Source of the DNA: a virus
IMG/VR virus record: IMGVR_UViG_3300047157_000174
Coordinates: 1-64,000 of that record
DNA: 64,000 nucleotides
Direction: 5' to 3' (one strand)
In this document: positions 1-8,933 of the stretch, piece after piece
How the letters are laid out: the number at the start of each line of letters is the position of its first letter
How positions within the stretch are numbered: position 1 is the stretch's first letter
The notes under the pieces: generated by a model
The model's database searches: none
Seen by the model: only the letters and a program-made list of their open reading frames with translations
What the model was told of the DNA's origin: nothing
Position numbers and translations under genes: made by a program

Positions 1-491
1 AGGTAGAAGAAAAGAACCTATCCTATCAAAACTTTAGTGTAGAAGATATTGGTAAAGCCAAAGTAAAGGTGCTTGGTAATAAAATTGGAATACAATCTGC
101 TATCAACGATAAAAGAGAACACCAAGTTCTTACTGCTAAACAATTAACTGAAAAGAAGTATGATTTAGTTATCTGTTGTGTAGACAATTTAGCGGCTAGA
201 AGACTCCTTTACAAAACAGGACACGGTGAAGACAGTGCTGTTAAGTGGTTAGACCTTAGAGCGCAAGGTAGGAACGGAGTATTGATTTCTTACAAAGTTA
301 ATCCAATACTAATACCGGATTTACTTGTCGGTGCAGAAGGTTCATTCAGTTGTCAAGGTGGAGATTGGGATGGTTCGGCTAAAGATATTAGTACTATGCA
401 CATTGCCATAGCAGGTATTGCAACCCAATGGATTCAACGTTGGTTTAATGATAATAATGACGTAGCAGATAAAATGGTAGTGAATGTATGA
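1..491 (+). CDS. ThiF/MoeB/E1-like adenylating enzyme (5' truncated by window edge)
   Basis: The frame is open from nt 3: VEEKNLSYQNFSVEDIGKAKV matches the ThiF 'VE.SNL.RQ.F...DIGK.KV' motif. Also DLVICCVDNLAARR and a candidate catalytic Cys in GSFSCQ. Confidence 0.85.
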   Translation, partial: VEEKNLSYQNFSVEDIGKAKVKVLGNKIGIQSAINDKREHQVLTAKQLTEKKYDLVICCVDNLAARRLLYKTGHGEDSAVKWLDLRAQGRNGVLISYKVNPILIPDLLVGAEGSFSCQGGDWDGSAKDISTMHIAIAGIATQWIQRWFNDNNDVADKMVVNV

Positions 492-730
492 GTGAAGAAG
501 ATACAGAAATAGATGATTTAATAGAAGAAGATGTAGGTAATATAATGAATGTTATTGCAACAGATGGTTTTTACTTACAAGCAGAAATAGTAAAGGTATG
601 TTGTCCTGTTTGTCTAGAAGAGTTCATGGGAACTAAAAGACACGCAGGTGGTTTCATAGCCGGACATAGAGCATTCCATGAGTTTGAGAACTCTCAAGAC
701 TTTATGGTAGAACAAATGGGGGGAATATAA
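488..730 (+). CDS. Small acidic C2H2-type Zn-finger protein
   Basis: CPVC...HRAFH; ATGA overlap with the E1-like gene. Confidence 0.6.
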   Translation: MSEEDTEIDDLIEEDVGNIMNVIATDGFYLQAEIVKVCCPVCLEEFMGTKRHAGGFIAGHRAFHEFENSQDFMVEQMGGI

Positions 731-732
731 AA

Positions 733-1305
733 ATGAAAGAAGAAAATAAAGAAGAAATGAATAATGAAGAAAATAAAGAAGCAATGAAGGACTTTGATTG
801 GAAAGAACACATTAGGAGTGTTTACAAAGATATGTCTAATAGTGAAGGTGGTGTTAATTTTGTTAGACCATGTGCAGATACAGAAATGTTTCTATCCGCT
901 ATTTGGCAAATGTCTGATGAAGTATTAGAGGGCATGGAAGTACAAGTAGTAATAGATGACAAAGATGATTTGTATATTAGTAGCGGTACACCCGCTTTCG
1001 TATCGTTTCAAGGACACGAAGATGAATTAGTAAATGGCGCACCAATGAGAATACCGATTAAGAGTTGGATTCATACACACCCTTTCGGTGAAGCATACCT
1101 AAGTAGTACTGATTGGAAAACTGTCAATACATGGAACACTATGATGAAGAGTGCAATAGTATTAGGTGATAATCAATACCTAGCAGTTAATATGAATAAT
1201 GAACAATACGAAGAAGGAACTTATTCTGCAAAGAAAGTTTTCTATGGTTTGTTGCAACAGACAGTTTTTGATGATATAGAACCTACAACGGATGGTGAAG
1301 AATAA
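733..1305 (+). CDS. JAB/MPN+ metallopeptidase
   Basis: Upstream Glu (MEVQVV) and WIHTHPFGEAYLSSTD, matching the JAMM motif E..HxH-x7-S-x2-D. Confidence 0.85.
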   Translation: MKEENKEEMNNEENKEAMKDFDWKEHIRSVYKDMSNSEGGVNFVRPCADTEMFLSAIWQMSDEVLEGMEVQVVIDDKDDLYISSGTPAFVSFQGHEDELVNGAPMRIPIKSWIHTHPFGEAYLSSTDWKTVNTWNTMMKSAIVLGDNQYLAVNMNNEQYEEGTYSAKKVFYGLLQQTVFDDIEPTTDGEE

Positions 1306-1614
1306 ATGAATGGTAAAGAATTAGTTGAGAACACAAACAATATTGCTAAGGCTGTAAAGACATTAGTTAAAGATAATAATGAACTAACAGATTTAGTTTG
1401 CTACATGAGAAAATTATTAGATGAATGTCTTCACGAAAATAAGGAAGGAGATTTAGTTATGTTAACTAATGATGATAAGAAATTATCTAGAGCATTTGAA
1501 ATTATGATGTTAGTTCAACATGAAAAAGATTTAGCGAAGGAAAGGAAAGAACAACTTAAAAGGCATTTCGGTAATCCGAAAGACGGGCAACAAGGGTTAG
1601 GTGCATTTAAATGA
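1306..1614 (+). CDS. Hypothetical coiled-coil protein with PIP-box-like C-terminus
   Basis: Coupled ORF ending QQGLGAFK. Confidence 0.55.
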   Translation: MNGKELVENTNNIAKAVKTLVKDNNELTDLVCYMRKLLDECLHENKEGDLVMLTNDDKKLSRAFEIMMLVQHEKDLAKERKEQLKRHFGNPKDGQQGLGAFK

Positions 1615-2075
1615 ATGAAGAAAATAGTAGACAAACAACATTGAAAGAATTTGGATTAGTATTCTTGGTAGCAGTAATGTTATCAGGATGTGCGGGTGAA
1701 ATTATTCCCGACCCACCAACAGATGACGATAGAGTTATTCCTAACTCTTCTACATTAGAAGGTTCTTTTACAGTATTAGTTGGAGATAATAATTCAACTA
1801 CTCCTGTAATAGTATTGGGTAATTCAACAACATGGTTAGAGGTAATCAATTGTAATTATACTGCAACCCATCTAAGTTTTACAGTTGATAATAATACTGT
1901 ATCTTTTCACAATTATACCTTTGAAGTCGGAGGTTATGTTTCACAAGGAAACACACTTTGGTCTAACGGCTACGCTCCATCAATAGGTTCAGTAGAATTA
2001 CATTTCTCTGATTTTACATATGATATAACAATTAATTATACTGTTACATATAGAGAGTGGAGAGGAACAGAGTGA
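1611..2075 (+). CDS. Putative lipoprotein / surface glycoprotein
   Basis: Hydrophobic signal ending in the lipobox LSGC; 8 N-x-S/T sequons in a beta-rich domain. Confidence 0.7.
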   Translation: MNEENSRQTTLKEFGLVFLVAVMLSGCAGEIIPDPPTDDDRVIPNSSTLEGSFTVLVGDNNSTTPVIVLGNSTTWLEVINCNYTATHLSFTVDNNTVSFHNYTFEVGGYVSQGNTLWSNGYAPSIGSVELHFSDFTYDITINYTVTYREWRGTE

Positions 2076-2155
2076 GTGGCTGTCTTTATTGTGAAGATAC
2101 TGTTTATCGGCATGGTTTTTGCTACGAATGTTATTGTAGGGAAAAGGGCTTCTGA
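2072..2155 (+). CDS. 27-aa micro Zn-finger protein (not in ORF track)
   Basis: MSGCLYCEDTVYRHGFCYECYCREKGF; GTGA overlap upstream and TGATG overlap downstream. Confidence 0.55.
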   Translation: MSGCLYCEDTVYRHGFCYECYCREKGF

Positions 2156-2559
2156 TGGTTAAACACAAGGCGGTTACTATTCAGTTCCCTGCCCCACTAC
2201 CTGCTGAAATTCTATGTCCTATTTGTGAAGGAAACAAATGTAAAGTTTGCGATATGACAGGTAAGATGAAATTAGTAGTTGATGCTAAAGTACCAATACA
2301 AAGAAATCTAATAGTGAAATATGTTTCTAATCATTTAGAATCTATTGCGTTAGAATTATCTAGAAACTATGGTCTAGTTCCCGAAGTAAATACAGAAGAA
2401 GTATTTGAGTGTGATGAAAAAAGACAGTATGAGATTGTAAAGATAAGTAGTTTAGGTGGGGTGATTTGGGTAGCAAATAGATTAGATGATTTAGAATCGC
2501 CTAGATATTTTACCACACTTAAGGAACTTACTAGATTTAAGGAAGGTTGGTTTACATGA
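2155..2559 (+). CDS. Zn-finger protein (CxxCxG repeats, DnaJ-like finger)
   Basis: CPICEGNKCKVCDMTG. Confidence 0.6.
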   Translation: MVKHKAVTIQFPAPLPAEILCPICEGNKCKVCDMTGKMKLVVDAKVPIQRNLIVKYVSNHLESIALELSRNYGLVPEVNTEEVFECDEKRQYEIVKISSLGGVIWVANRLDDLESPRYFTTLKELTRFKEGWFT

Positions 2560-2786
2560 GTGATGATATGGATATTATAGCGAGAGTTCCTCGCAACGCT
2601 ACTACCGAACTACTAATTAAAACAGGTGAGTTTTGGAAAGTAGAAGTAGTAGATGTAAGATGGTATTCCGATGGAAAGCCAACAAGAAAAGGAGTCAGAA
2701 TAAATATGGAAGAATTACCTACGTTAATTAAAGCGTTGGAAAAAATAAATAATAAAAATGAGGCGAATAAGGATGACACTAATTAG
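2556..2786 (+). CDS. PC4/p15-family ssDNA-binding protein
   Basis: EFWKVEVVDVRWYSDGKPTRKGVRI matches the PC4 'F.G...VDIR.Y....PT.KGI.L' pattern; ATG at 2556 overlaps the upstream stop. Confidence 0.75.
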   Translation: MSDDMDIIARVPRNATTELLIKTGEFWKVEVVDVRWYSDGKPTRKGVRINMEELPTLIKALEKINNKNEANKDDTN

Positions 2787-4302
2787 ATTTGCAAGAATGT
2801 GTGAAGCAATAGAACTACAAGACAGTACAAAAAACAAAATTAGAATAATAGACGAATCTCTTAGTTCATTTTCTAATCCAAAAATAGTTATAGATATACT
2901 TAGTCTTAATTTAGAGGTTAATTCTATTGGTAACAAACGTGCTATAACTTGGATAGCAAATGCATTAGAATTATTTGATGCAGAAGTTAAAGCAGAAGAA
3001 GAAATATGGGGAGATATTGGTGAAGGTATGTATCAATTCCTACCCAACGGTAAAGAAAGTAATTACACCATTAAACAATTGTATTCTCTATTAACATTAG
3101 ACTGTTCCAGTATTAATAGCGATTCTTATACTACCTTTGCTGAGTCAATTAATAATATGTCTAATTTAGAATTAAAATGGTTTATTCGTTATTGGTTGAG
3201 GACACCTAGAAACAATATTTCTAATTCTACTGTTGTTAAAGCACTTAAAAGAAGATTTCCCAACCAAAAGGTAGAATATCTATCTTCCATACAACCTGTT
3301 TCCACTGTTTTTCAATATTTAGAGCAAGGAAAAGAACCTCCTACTACTATTCAAACAGGAATGTTTCTAAAACCTTCATTAGCAAAATCTTATTCTAATA
3401 ATTTACCTAAAAGATATATTTTAGATGTTAAATATGATGGTAATAGATACCAAATACATAAAAATAAATCTGATGTATTAATTTTTAATAGGAAAGGTAA
3501 GATAGTAAGTAATCAGTTTCCCGATGTAGTAGAACAAGTTAAAAAGTTTAACGCCAGTACTTGCATTTTAGATACTGAGATATATCCTGTCATCGAAAAC
3601 GGCAGTATAGACCCTGCACCACACAAGAAAATGGCCGCTAGGGTTCATGCTAAAGATAAACAAGAAGCCATGCTTAAATGCCCTGTTAAAATGGTTATAT
3701 TTGATATAATACAATACATGGGATTCCTGTTAATTGATGAACCATATGAAAAACGTCTTATTCATCTGAAAGATTTTCCTATCGAAAATAGAGTGTGGTC
3801 GTTTTCTAGAGAAACTACCATTGCAGCAGCCTATAACACTTCTATTAACAGTGGTTTTGAAGGTATTATGATAAAAGATTTAGATGCAAAATACAGAAGT
3901 GGTAGAAGTAGTAATATTTTGAAACACAAACCTCCTAGAATCGAATTAGATTTAGTTATAACTTCTGCTAAATATGGTGAAGGTAAAAGAGCAGGTTTGT
4001 TTGGTTCTTTTGGTATTTCAGCCAAAACTAAAAATGGTTATCAAAGTGTAGGCAATGTTGGTAGTGGTTTATCTGATGGGGATTTATTATACTTAACAAC
4101 AGAACTTAAAAAAACTATTGATAAGTATGCTTCCGATGTATTCTACGTTCTACCTAGAATTGTATTAGAAGTAAGGTGTGATTTAATATCACAAGATTCC
4201 GATGGTAATTATGGTCTGAGATTTCCTAGAGTTGTAAGAATTAGGAACGACAAACACGCTTACAATTGCAGTACAATGGAAGATATAAAAAATATGATAT
4301 AG
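2773..4302 (+). CDS. lig: ATP-dependent DNA ligase (replicative)
   Basis: Motif I VKYDGNR, ILDTEI, FDI, EGIMIK, KHK, and an OB domain with LRFPRVVRIRND. The start is probably near MTLIRF; the ORF track start is 2758. Confidence 0.92.
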   Translation: MTLIRFARMCEAIELQDSTKNKIRIIDESLSSFSNPKIVIDILSLNLEVNSIGNKRAITWIANALELFDAEVKAEEEIWGDIGEGMYQFLPNGKESNYTIKQLYSLLTLDCSSINSDSYTTFAESINNMSNLELKWFIRYWLRTPRNNISNSTVVKALKRRFPNQKVEYLSSIQPVSTVFQYLEQGKEPPTTIQTGMFLKPSLAKSYSNNLPKRYILDVKYDGNRYQIHKNKSDVLIFNRKGKIVSNQFPDVVEQVKKFNASTCILDTEIYPVIENGSIDPAPHKKMAARVHAKDKQEAMLKCPVKMVIFDIIQYMGFLLIDEPYEKRLIHLKDFPIENRVWSFSRETTIAAAYNTSINSGFEGIMIKDLDAKYRSGRSSNILKHKPPRIELDLVITSAKYGEGKRAGLFGSFGISAKTKNGYQSVGNVGSGLSDGDLLYLTTELKKTIDKYASDVFYVLPRIVLEVRCDLISQDSDGNYGLRFPRVVRIRNDKHAYNCSTMEDIKNMI

Positions 4303-4306
4303 AAAA

Positions 4307-4338
4307 TGCGATAGGTAAAATATTAATTACCTATTGCA
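4307..4338 (+). promoter_or_regulatory. 12-bp inverted repeat / hairpin immediately before the RBS of the LAGLIDADG-like gene
   Basis: TGCGATAGGTAA-N8-TTACCTATTGCA (one G.U pair), then AGGAG at 4341-4345. Confidence 0.5.
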
Positions 4339-4350
4339 CAAGGAGTTAAT

Positions 4351-4752
4351 ATGCTAGACCGCAATATTGTTCTCGGTGTTTGTTCTGTAATAGCAAAGCC
4401 GACTGTATCAATTATCAAAGCGGAAAGGTATAGTTTAGGTTATAGAGTAAAATTATCAATAGTCTTTAGGAGTAACGGTGGAAGATTACAGGCACTACAC
4501 CGTTGCTTCTTACAAAATAATATTCAAAGTAAATATAAAACATCCGAGTCTAAAAACAGACAAAGACCAATATTAACTATATCTAAGTCAGATGATATAA
4601 ATAGATTTTTACAGACATATGATATGTCATCGGTATCATTTGACAATAATTGGGATGTCTTTAAAGAAGTTAAAGATATAATAGATACTAACCGACACAA
4701 GACAATGGATGGTCTTGATGAAATACTAGAATTGAAGGGGTATCTAATATGA
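4351..4752 (+). CDS. Single-domain LAGLIDADG-like protein, probably catalytically dead
   Basis: YRVKLSIVF...ILTISK...HKTMDGLDEILELK resembles the LAGLIDADG fold; the N-terminal helix (VLGVCSVIAK) lacks the acidic catalytic residue. Confidence 0.6.
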   Translation: MLDRNIVLGVCSVIAKPTVSIIKAERYSLGYRVKLSIVFRSNGGRLQALHRCFLQNNIQSKYKTSESKNRQRPILTISKSDDINRFLQTYDMSSVSFDNNWDVFKEVKDIIDTNRHKTMDGLDEILELKGYLI

Positions 4753-5093
4753 AAAAGAAAGAAGAGTTGTGTCCTAGATGTGATTTAAGACCTACTAAAA
4801 ACGGTAAACATATTTGCGAAATGTGCAACCTTTCAATTCTAGAAAACAAACCCGTTGATTCAGTTAACGATACCGAAATATTAGGTTATCACATACACCA
4901 AATACTTTGGGAAGGATGTCAAGATTGTGGAAATAATAATTTTCATTGTGATGCGGGTGTTGTAGAAGAAAACAATTTAAAGTGGTACATAATACAAGTA
5001 CAATGTCAAAAATGTAATGTTAATTACGAACAAATAATGGAAGTGAGAATGAATGAGTCTAATAAAAATAAGCAAAGAACACACAAAGAGTAA
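4749..5093 (+). CDS. Multi Zn-ribbon protein
   Basis: Four CxxC pairs. Confidence 0.6.
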   Translation: MKKKEELCPRCDLRPTKNGKHICEMCNLSILENKPVDSVNDTEILGYHIHQILWEGCQDCGNNNFHCDAGVVEENNLKWYIIQVQCQKCNVNYEQIMEVRMNESNKNKQRTHKE

Positions 5094-5904
5094 ACCAATA
5101 ATAGTACTAGGCAATACAAAAATGGATAAAATGAAAAGGGCTATGTCCTTTGTATCCGATAGTCCCATAGTTATGTATGCTAACGAATATAACATATCCG
5201 ATAACTTTAGTATCCCTAAAGATGTAGGTATTATTATTGACGAGATGCACTACAAACCTAATACTGATTTAATAAGAAGAACTGTATTAGAATATGCAGG
5301 TCAAGTTGTATTAATTACTGATAGTAAAAAGGCAGTACCTACTACTTTGTATAATTTATGTGATATGAAAAGACCAACAGAAAAGTTAGATGTTCTAAAC
5401 ATATCTCCTAGAGCCGATGAACCTATTAATTATGATTTAGATATGTTTACATTGGTTAGAGAATATCTAACTAATAGAGATAGAGATGAAGTTGCTACCA
5501 AATTAAAAATGAACAGTCCCGCAGATAATCAAATATTATCTTGGATTATCCCAAACATAAATCCAAACAAAATAGCATTCATTGATAATAATGTGAAAAG
5601 ACGTTGGGATAGTTCTTACTTTTATGAGTTGTTAGCATATTCTCATAACGGTAAACTTAGTGCTAAGATGGTGATGCCTACTAGAAGAAAGTATTCTAAG
5701 TTAGGTAGTATTGCTAGTAGGTTAGGATTAAGAAGACACGAAACTTATCTTCTCAATGATTTATTGAAAGATGATAAGTTCAAAAAATATGCAATGACTA
5801 AGTTAGATAATTCAGAATGTAGGTTATTGAAACTTGGAGAAAAAAGAAAAATAGAAACAAAGAAGGTAGTATTACCTTCACCCACTTTAGATAAGTGGTT
5901 ATAA
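5053..5904 (+). CDS. Degenerate AAA+ protein, probable clamp-loader large-subunit analogue
   Basis: Eroded Walker A (VLGNTKMDKM), Walker B IIIDEMH, C-terminal PIP-like SPTLDKWL; lies close to the RFC small subunit gene. Confidence 0.55.
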   Translation: MSLIKISKEHTKSKPIIVLGNTKMDKMKRAMSFVSDSPIVMYANEYNISDNFSIPKDVGIIIDEMHYKPNTDLIRRTVLEYAGQVVLITDSKKAVPTTLYNLCDMKRPTEKLDVLNISPRADEPINYDLDMFTLVREYLTNRDRDEVATKLKMNSPADNQILSWIIPNINPNKIAFIDNNVKRRWDSSYFYELLAYSHNGKLSAKMVMPTRRKYSKLGSIASRLGLRRHETYLLNDLLKDDKFKKYAMTKLDNSECRLLKLGEKRKIETKKVVLPSPTLDKWL

Positions 5905-5922
5905 AAATAAAGAGGAATAAAA

Positions 5923-6096
5923 ATGAGAAAACAATTGAATGATAGAAAATATAAACGAAGAATGGATAAAATGTTAGATTTATTAGAGAAACAAAATGAA
6001 CTGTTTCTAAAACTAACAAATGAACTACCTGTCTTACAAGCAGAAGTTAATCGACTTAAATCTAAATTATTATTATTAAAAGGAGAGGAAGAGTAA
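5923..6096 (+). CDS. 57-aa coiled-coil protein (not in ORF track)
   Basis: RBS AGAGGA, ATG at 5923, TAATG overlap with the next gene. Confidence 0.55.
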   Translation: MRKQLNDRKYKRRMDKMLDLLEKQNELFLKLTNELPVLQAEVNRLKSKLLLLKGEEE

Positions 6097-6395
6097 TGAA
6101 AACTAAAGACGACTTTGAAATTTTACAATGTGTTATTTGCCTAAAAAACATAGAACATAAAATGTTATTCGGTAAAGTTTTCCGCACACAAGGCCATAAC
6201 GCTGAACCAATTGCATTAGGAAGATGTTGTGATTTTTGTGATTGTATGGTAGTTGAACCTTCTAGGATAGGAGGCTTGTTTGACAAACCTATTGACGTTA
6301 TTACTTATGGTCTAAGAACCTACAAAGAAAGAATGGCTAAAGATAAAGCCAATGGCATTACAACTAAAAGTTTGAAACAGAGGGCGATACAATGA
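6096..6395 (+). CDS. Zn-binding viral hypothetical protein
   Basis: CVIC...GHNAEP...GRCCDFC. Confidence 0.6.
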   Translation: MKTKDDFEILQCVICLKNIEHKMLFGKVFRTQGHNAEPIALGRCCDFCDCMVVEPSRIGGLFDKPIDVITYGLRTYKERMAKDKANGITTKSLKQRAIQ

Positions 6396-7312
6396 GTGAA
6401 TTATGGACTGAAAAATATAGGCCAACAAGACTTAATGAAATAATAGGACAGACTAATTTTGTATTAGATGCAGAACATTGGGTTGCCAATAAAGAAATGC
6501 CTAATGTTTTATTGTACGGTGTAGCGGGTGTAGGTAAAACTGCTGCTGCTATTTCCTTAGCAAACGGAATACTAGAAGATAATAGAAAGAATAACTTCTT
6601 TGAGATTAATGCTTCTGATGATAGGAAGTTAGAGACAGTAAGAAATAGAATCAAAGAGATTGCTTCTACTAAAAGAATTGGTGATGTACCCTTTAAGATT
6701 ATTTTACTAGATGAGATGGATGGTATGACTAAAGATGCACAAAATGCATTGAAGAGAATTATGGAAAGGTATGCTGATAATTGTAGGTTCATCATTACTT
6801 GTAATGATAGACATAAAATTATTAATCCTTTGATGTCAAGATGTGCTAACTATAATTTTAAGCGTCTTAACAATAAAGACATGAAATACATATTGTGCGA
6901 AATCTTGTCAAAAGAGAACATAAATACACATTCAGAAGAGGAATTAGATAAGTTTATTATATATTTACAAGGGGACTTAAGACGAGGGTTGAATGAATTA
7001 CAGGCTTCATCGGCAAGTAAACGAACTCTCCAATATCAAATAGACATGAATATGAAACCATACTCTGAAATTATAACAATGATAAATGAAAATAACTATG
7101 AAAATGCTTTAGAGAAGGTGCATAAATTGATTTACGATTCAACAGACATGAAGACTATATGTATTAATTTACATACAACAGTTCTAGAAACTGAAAGTGA
7201 TTCTAGTTACAAGTTCAAAATGCTTCGTATAATTGGCGAAACAGAATGGCGCAGTAATAACATGAATCCTAAAGTCTTGGCATCTTGGATGGTAGGACAG
7301 ATGATAAAATGA
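6392..7312 (+). CDS. rfcS: Replication factor C small subunit (clamp loader)
   Basis: LWTEKYRP, GVAGVGKT, EINASD, IILLDEMD, SRC motif and GDLR. Confidence 0.95.
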   Translation: MSELWTEKYRPTRLNEIIGQTNFVLDAEHWVANKEMPNVLLYGVAGVGKTAAAISLANGILEDNRKNNFFEINASDDRKLETVRNRIKEIASTKRIGDVPFKIILLDEMDGMTKDAQNALKRIMERYADNCRFIITCNDRHKIINPLMSRCANYNFKRLNNKDMKYILCEILSKENINTHSEEELDKFIIYLQGDLRRGLNELQASSASKRTLQYQIDMNMKPYSEIITMINENNYENALEKVHKLIYDSTDMKTICINLHTTVLETESDSSYKFKMLRIIGETEWRSNNMNPKVLASWMVGQMIK

Positions 7313-7392
7313 TAGAGTTACTTTTGGGGTTGATTGGATTGAGAATATTAATTAAAATGTTAGATAGTAACGGGGGGAGAAGAAGATGGTAA
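7309..7392 (+). CDS. 27-aa hydrophobic micropeptide (not in ORF track)
   Basis: MIELLLGLIGLRILIKMLDSNGGRRRW; ATGA overlap with rfcS. Confidence 0.4.
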   Translation: MIELLLGLIGLRILIKMLDSNGGRRRW

Positions 7393-7628
7393 AAAGATTC
7401 TTTGACTTTAATAAAGATGGAGTTGTTGACAAAGATGACTTTGAACATCTCATACTTAGATATGAGATAATCGTGTTAGGTGGTATAGCACTAATTATAC
7501 TACCAATATTAAACACGTTAAATTACATTAGTGTAGATTCCAATTTCTTTTGGGTGCTTTGCGGATTAGTAATGGCAGCCGAAGGATTGGTTGAAATAAA
7601 ATACGAAAGGAAAAAAAGGAGAAAATAA
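7386..7628 (+). CDS. Small 2-TM membrane protein with EF-hand-like loop
   Basis: DFNKDGVVDKDD followed by two hydrophobic helices and a basic tail. Confidence 0.6.
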   Translation: MVKRFFDFNKDGVVDKDDFEHLILRYEIIVLGGIALIILPILNTLNYISVDSNFFWVLCGLVMAAEGLVEIKYERKKRRK

Positions 7629-7629
7629 T

Positions 7630-8856
7630 ATGAATGAAGAAATGAAAAATGAAATAATGAAAGCAGCAGAACTGCTCGGTTTATCCGAGTCAGATGCTAT
7701 GAGTAAGTTCGAGGACATATGTACTAAGAACAATCTCGATGCATCTAAAGAACCTCTATTGGCTAGAGGACTTTGGCGACAATATTTTAGTAGTGCTAGA
7801 AACATACTAAACCGCGAAAAGACACAAACCAATACGAACAATTCTTTCTATAAGAAAGCATTTGGGTTCTTTGTATCGCTAAATGATGCAGTAGATATAA
7901 TGGCACTGGATAGAGATAGAGTAGTAAAAGAGTACAATAGAGATAGTGATTTAACTTACTCTCTTGGAAAAGTTGCAATCTTTGCACAAATAGAAGACGG
8001 AAAGTTTGAAGGAAGAATGATGAGAGACAATGAAGAAAGAGTCAAAGTTATGGAAGCCTTACCTGAAAACAATGTAGCATTAGATAACGGTCTATTCTTA
8101 GTACCACTAAATACTAATGACGCAGCATGGAACAAAAAGAACTACGGTAAACCTACACCTGTTTCAGAGTGGAGAAGAACCGGAGTTTTCGTTGGTGAAG
8201 TAGACGGTAGGATGGGAGCATTCGCTTTTAGTTACAAAGGTGATTCATCTCTTACCTTTACACCTAATACTTTTGAATGGGTACACTTTGATGCGTTCTT
8301 TATGAACGAAGATTATAGTACTATCTTTGGTGGTAAATCTAGAACAATGGAGTCTTTAATTCTTAACGATGATTTAGCAGAAGAAGACGATAGAAAGAGA
8401 GTACCATTCGGTTCTGTCCAAGACATAATTATGGAATACTGTACTGAAAATTACAGTCCATTAGTTGACTTAGAACAGGCTCATAGCAATGCTGCATCTA
8501 GACCATACAAACAACGCTATGTTGTTACTGATGGTACTGTTACTAGTATTAATATGACACCGACAGGTAATGGCAATAGAATCATTAACATTGACGATTT
8601 AACCACCGAGTTTAATTTTGATAATGATGGTTTTACAGCAACTACTTGTTGGATTCCATCTTCTTTAGTAATTGATTTTGGTATCGGTTCAGAAGTTATT
8701 ATAGTTGGTAGAACAAGTCAGGGAACAGATGACGAAGGCGCATTAAGACCTGTAACAATTAATGTTAGTGGTATCTATGTTATTAGTGCTAGAGGCGGAA
8801 GTCCTGAATTAATCGAACACGTTGAATCAGAAGAAGACGATTGGTTCTTTGACTGA
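7630..8856 (+). CDS. Putative OB-fold ssDNA-binding protein (RPA-like)
   Basis: Beta-rich C-terminal OB-like segment (VTDGTVTSI...GSEVIIVGRT), acidic-aromatic tail EEDDWFFD, and position in the replisome cluster. Confidence 0.55.
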   Translation: MNEEMKNEIMKAAELLGLSESDAMSKFEDICTKNNLDASKEPLLARGLWRQYFSSARNILNREKTQTNTNNSFYKKAFGFFVSLNDAVDIMALDRDRVVKEYNRDSDLTYSLGKVAIFAQIEDGKFEGRMMRDNEERVKVMEALPENNVALDNGLFLVPLNTNDAAWNKKNYGKPTPVSEWRRTGVFVGEVDGRMGAFAFSYKGDSSLTFTPNTFEWVHFDAFFMNEDYSTIFGGKSRTMESLILNDDLAEEDDRKRVPFGSVQDIIMEYCTENYSPLVDLEQAHSNAASRPYKQRYVVTDGTVTSINMTPTGNGNRIINIDDLTTEFNFDNDGFTATTCWIPSSLVIDFGIGSEVIIVGRTSQGTDDEGALRPVTINVSGIYVISARGGSPELIEHVESEEDDWFFD

Positions 8857-8933
8857 TTATGTAAAAGTGTAGTCATGCACATATTGTTGGCTATAAGGGT
8901 GCAATACCCTTTAAATTAAAAGGAGAATATAAA

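Noticed and set aside
716-730. C-terminal GGI of the protein between E1 and JAB as a ubiquitin-like di-Gly, and GGE ending 52159-52848 as Pup-like
   Set aside because: The Gly codons coincide with the G-rich Shine-Dalgarno of the next gene and the proteins are not beta-grasp-like. Worth revisiting only if GG is conserved in homologues.
8860-8915. tRNA gene suggested by a T-arm-like GGGTGCAATACCC
   Set aside because: No cloverleaf, acceptor stem or anticodon arm can be built.
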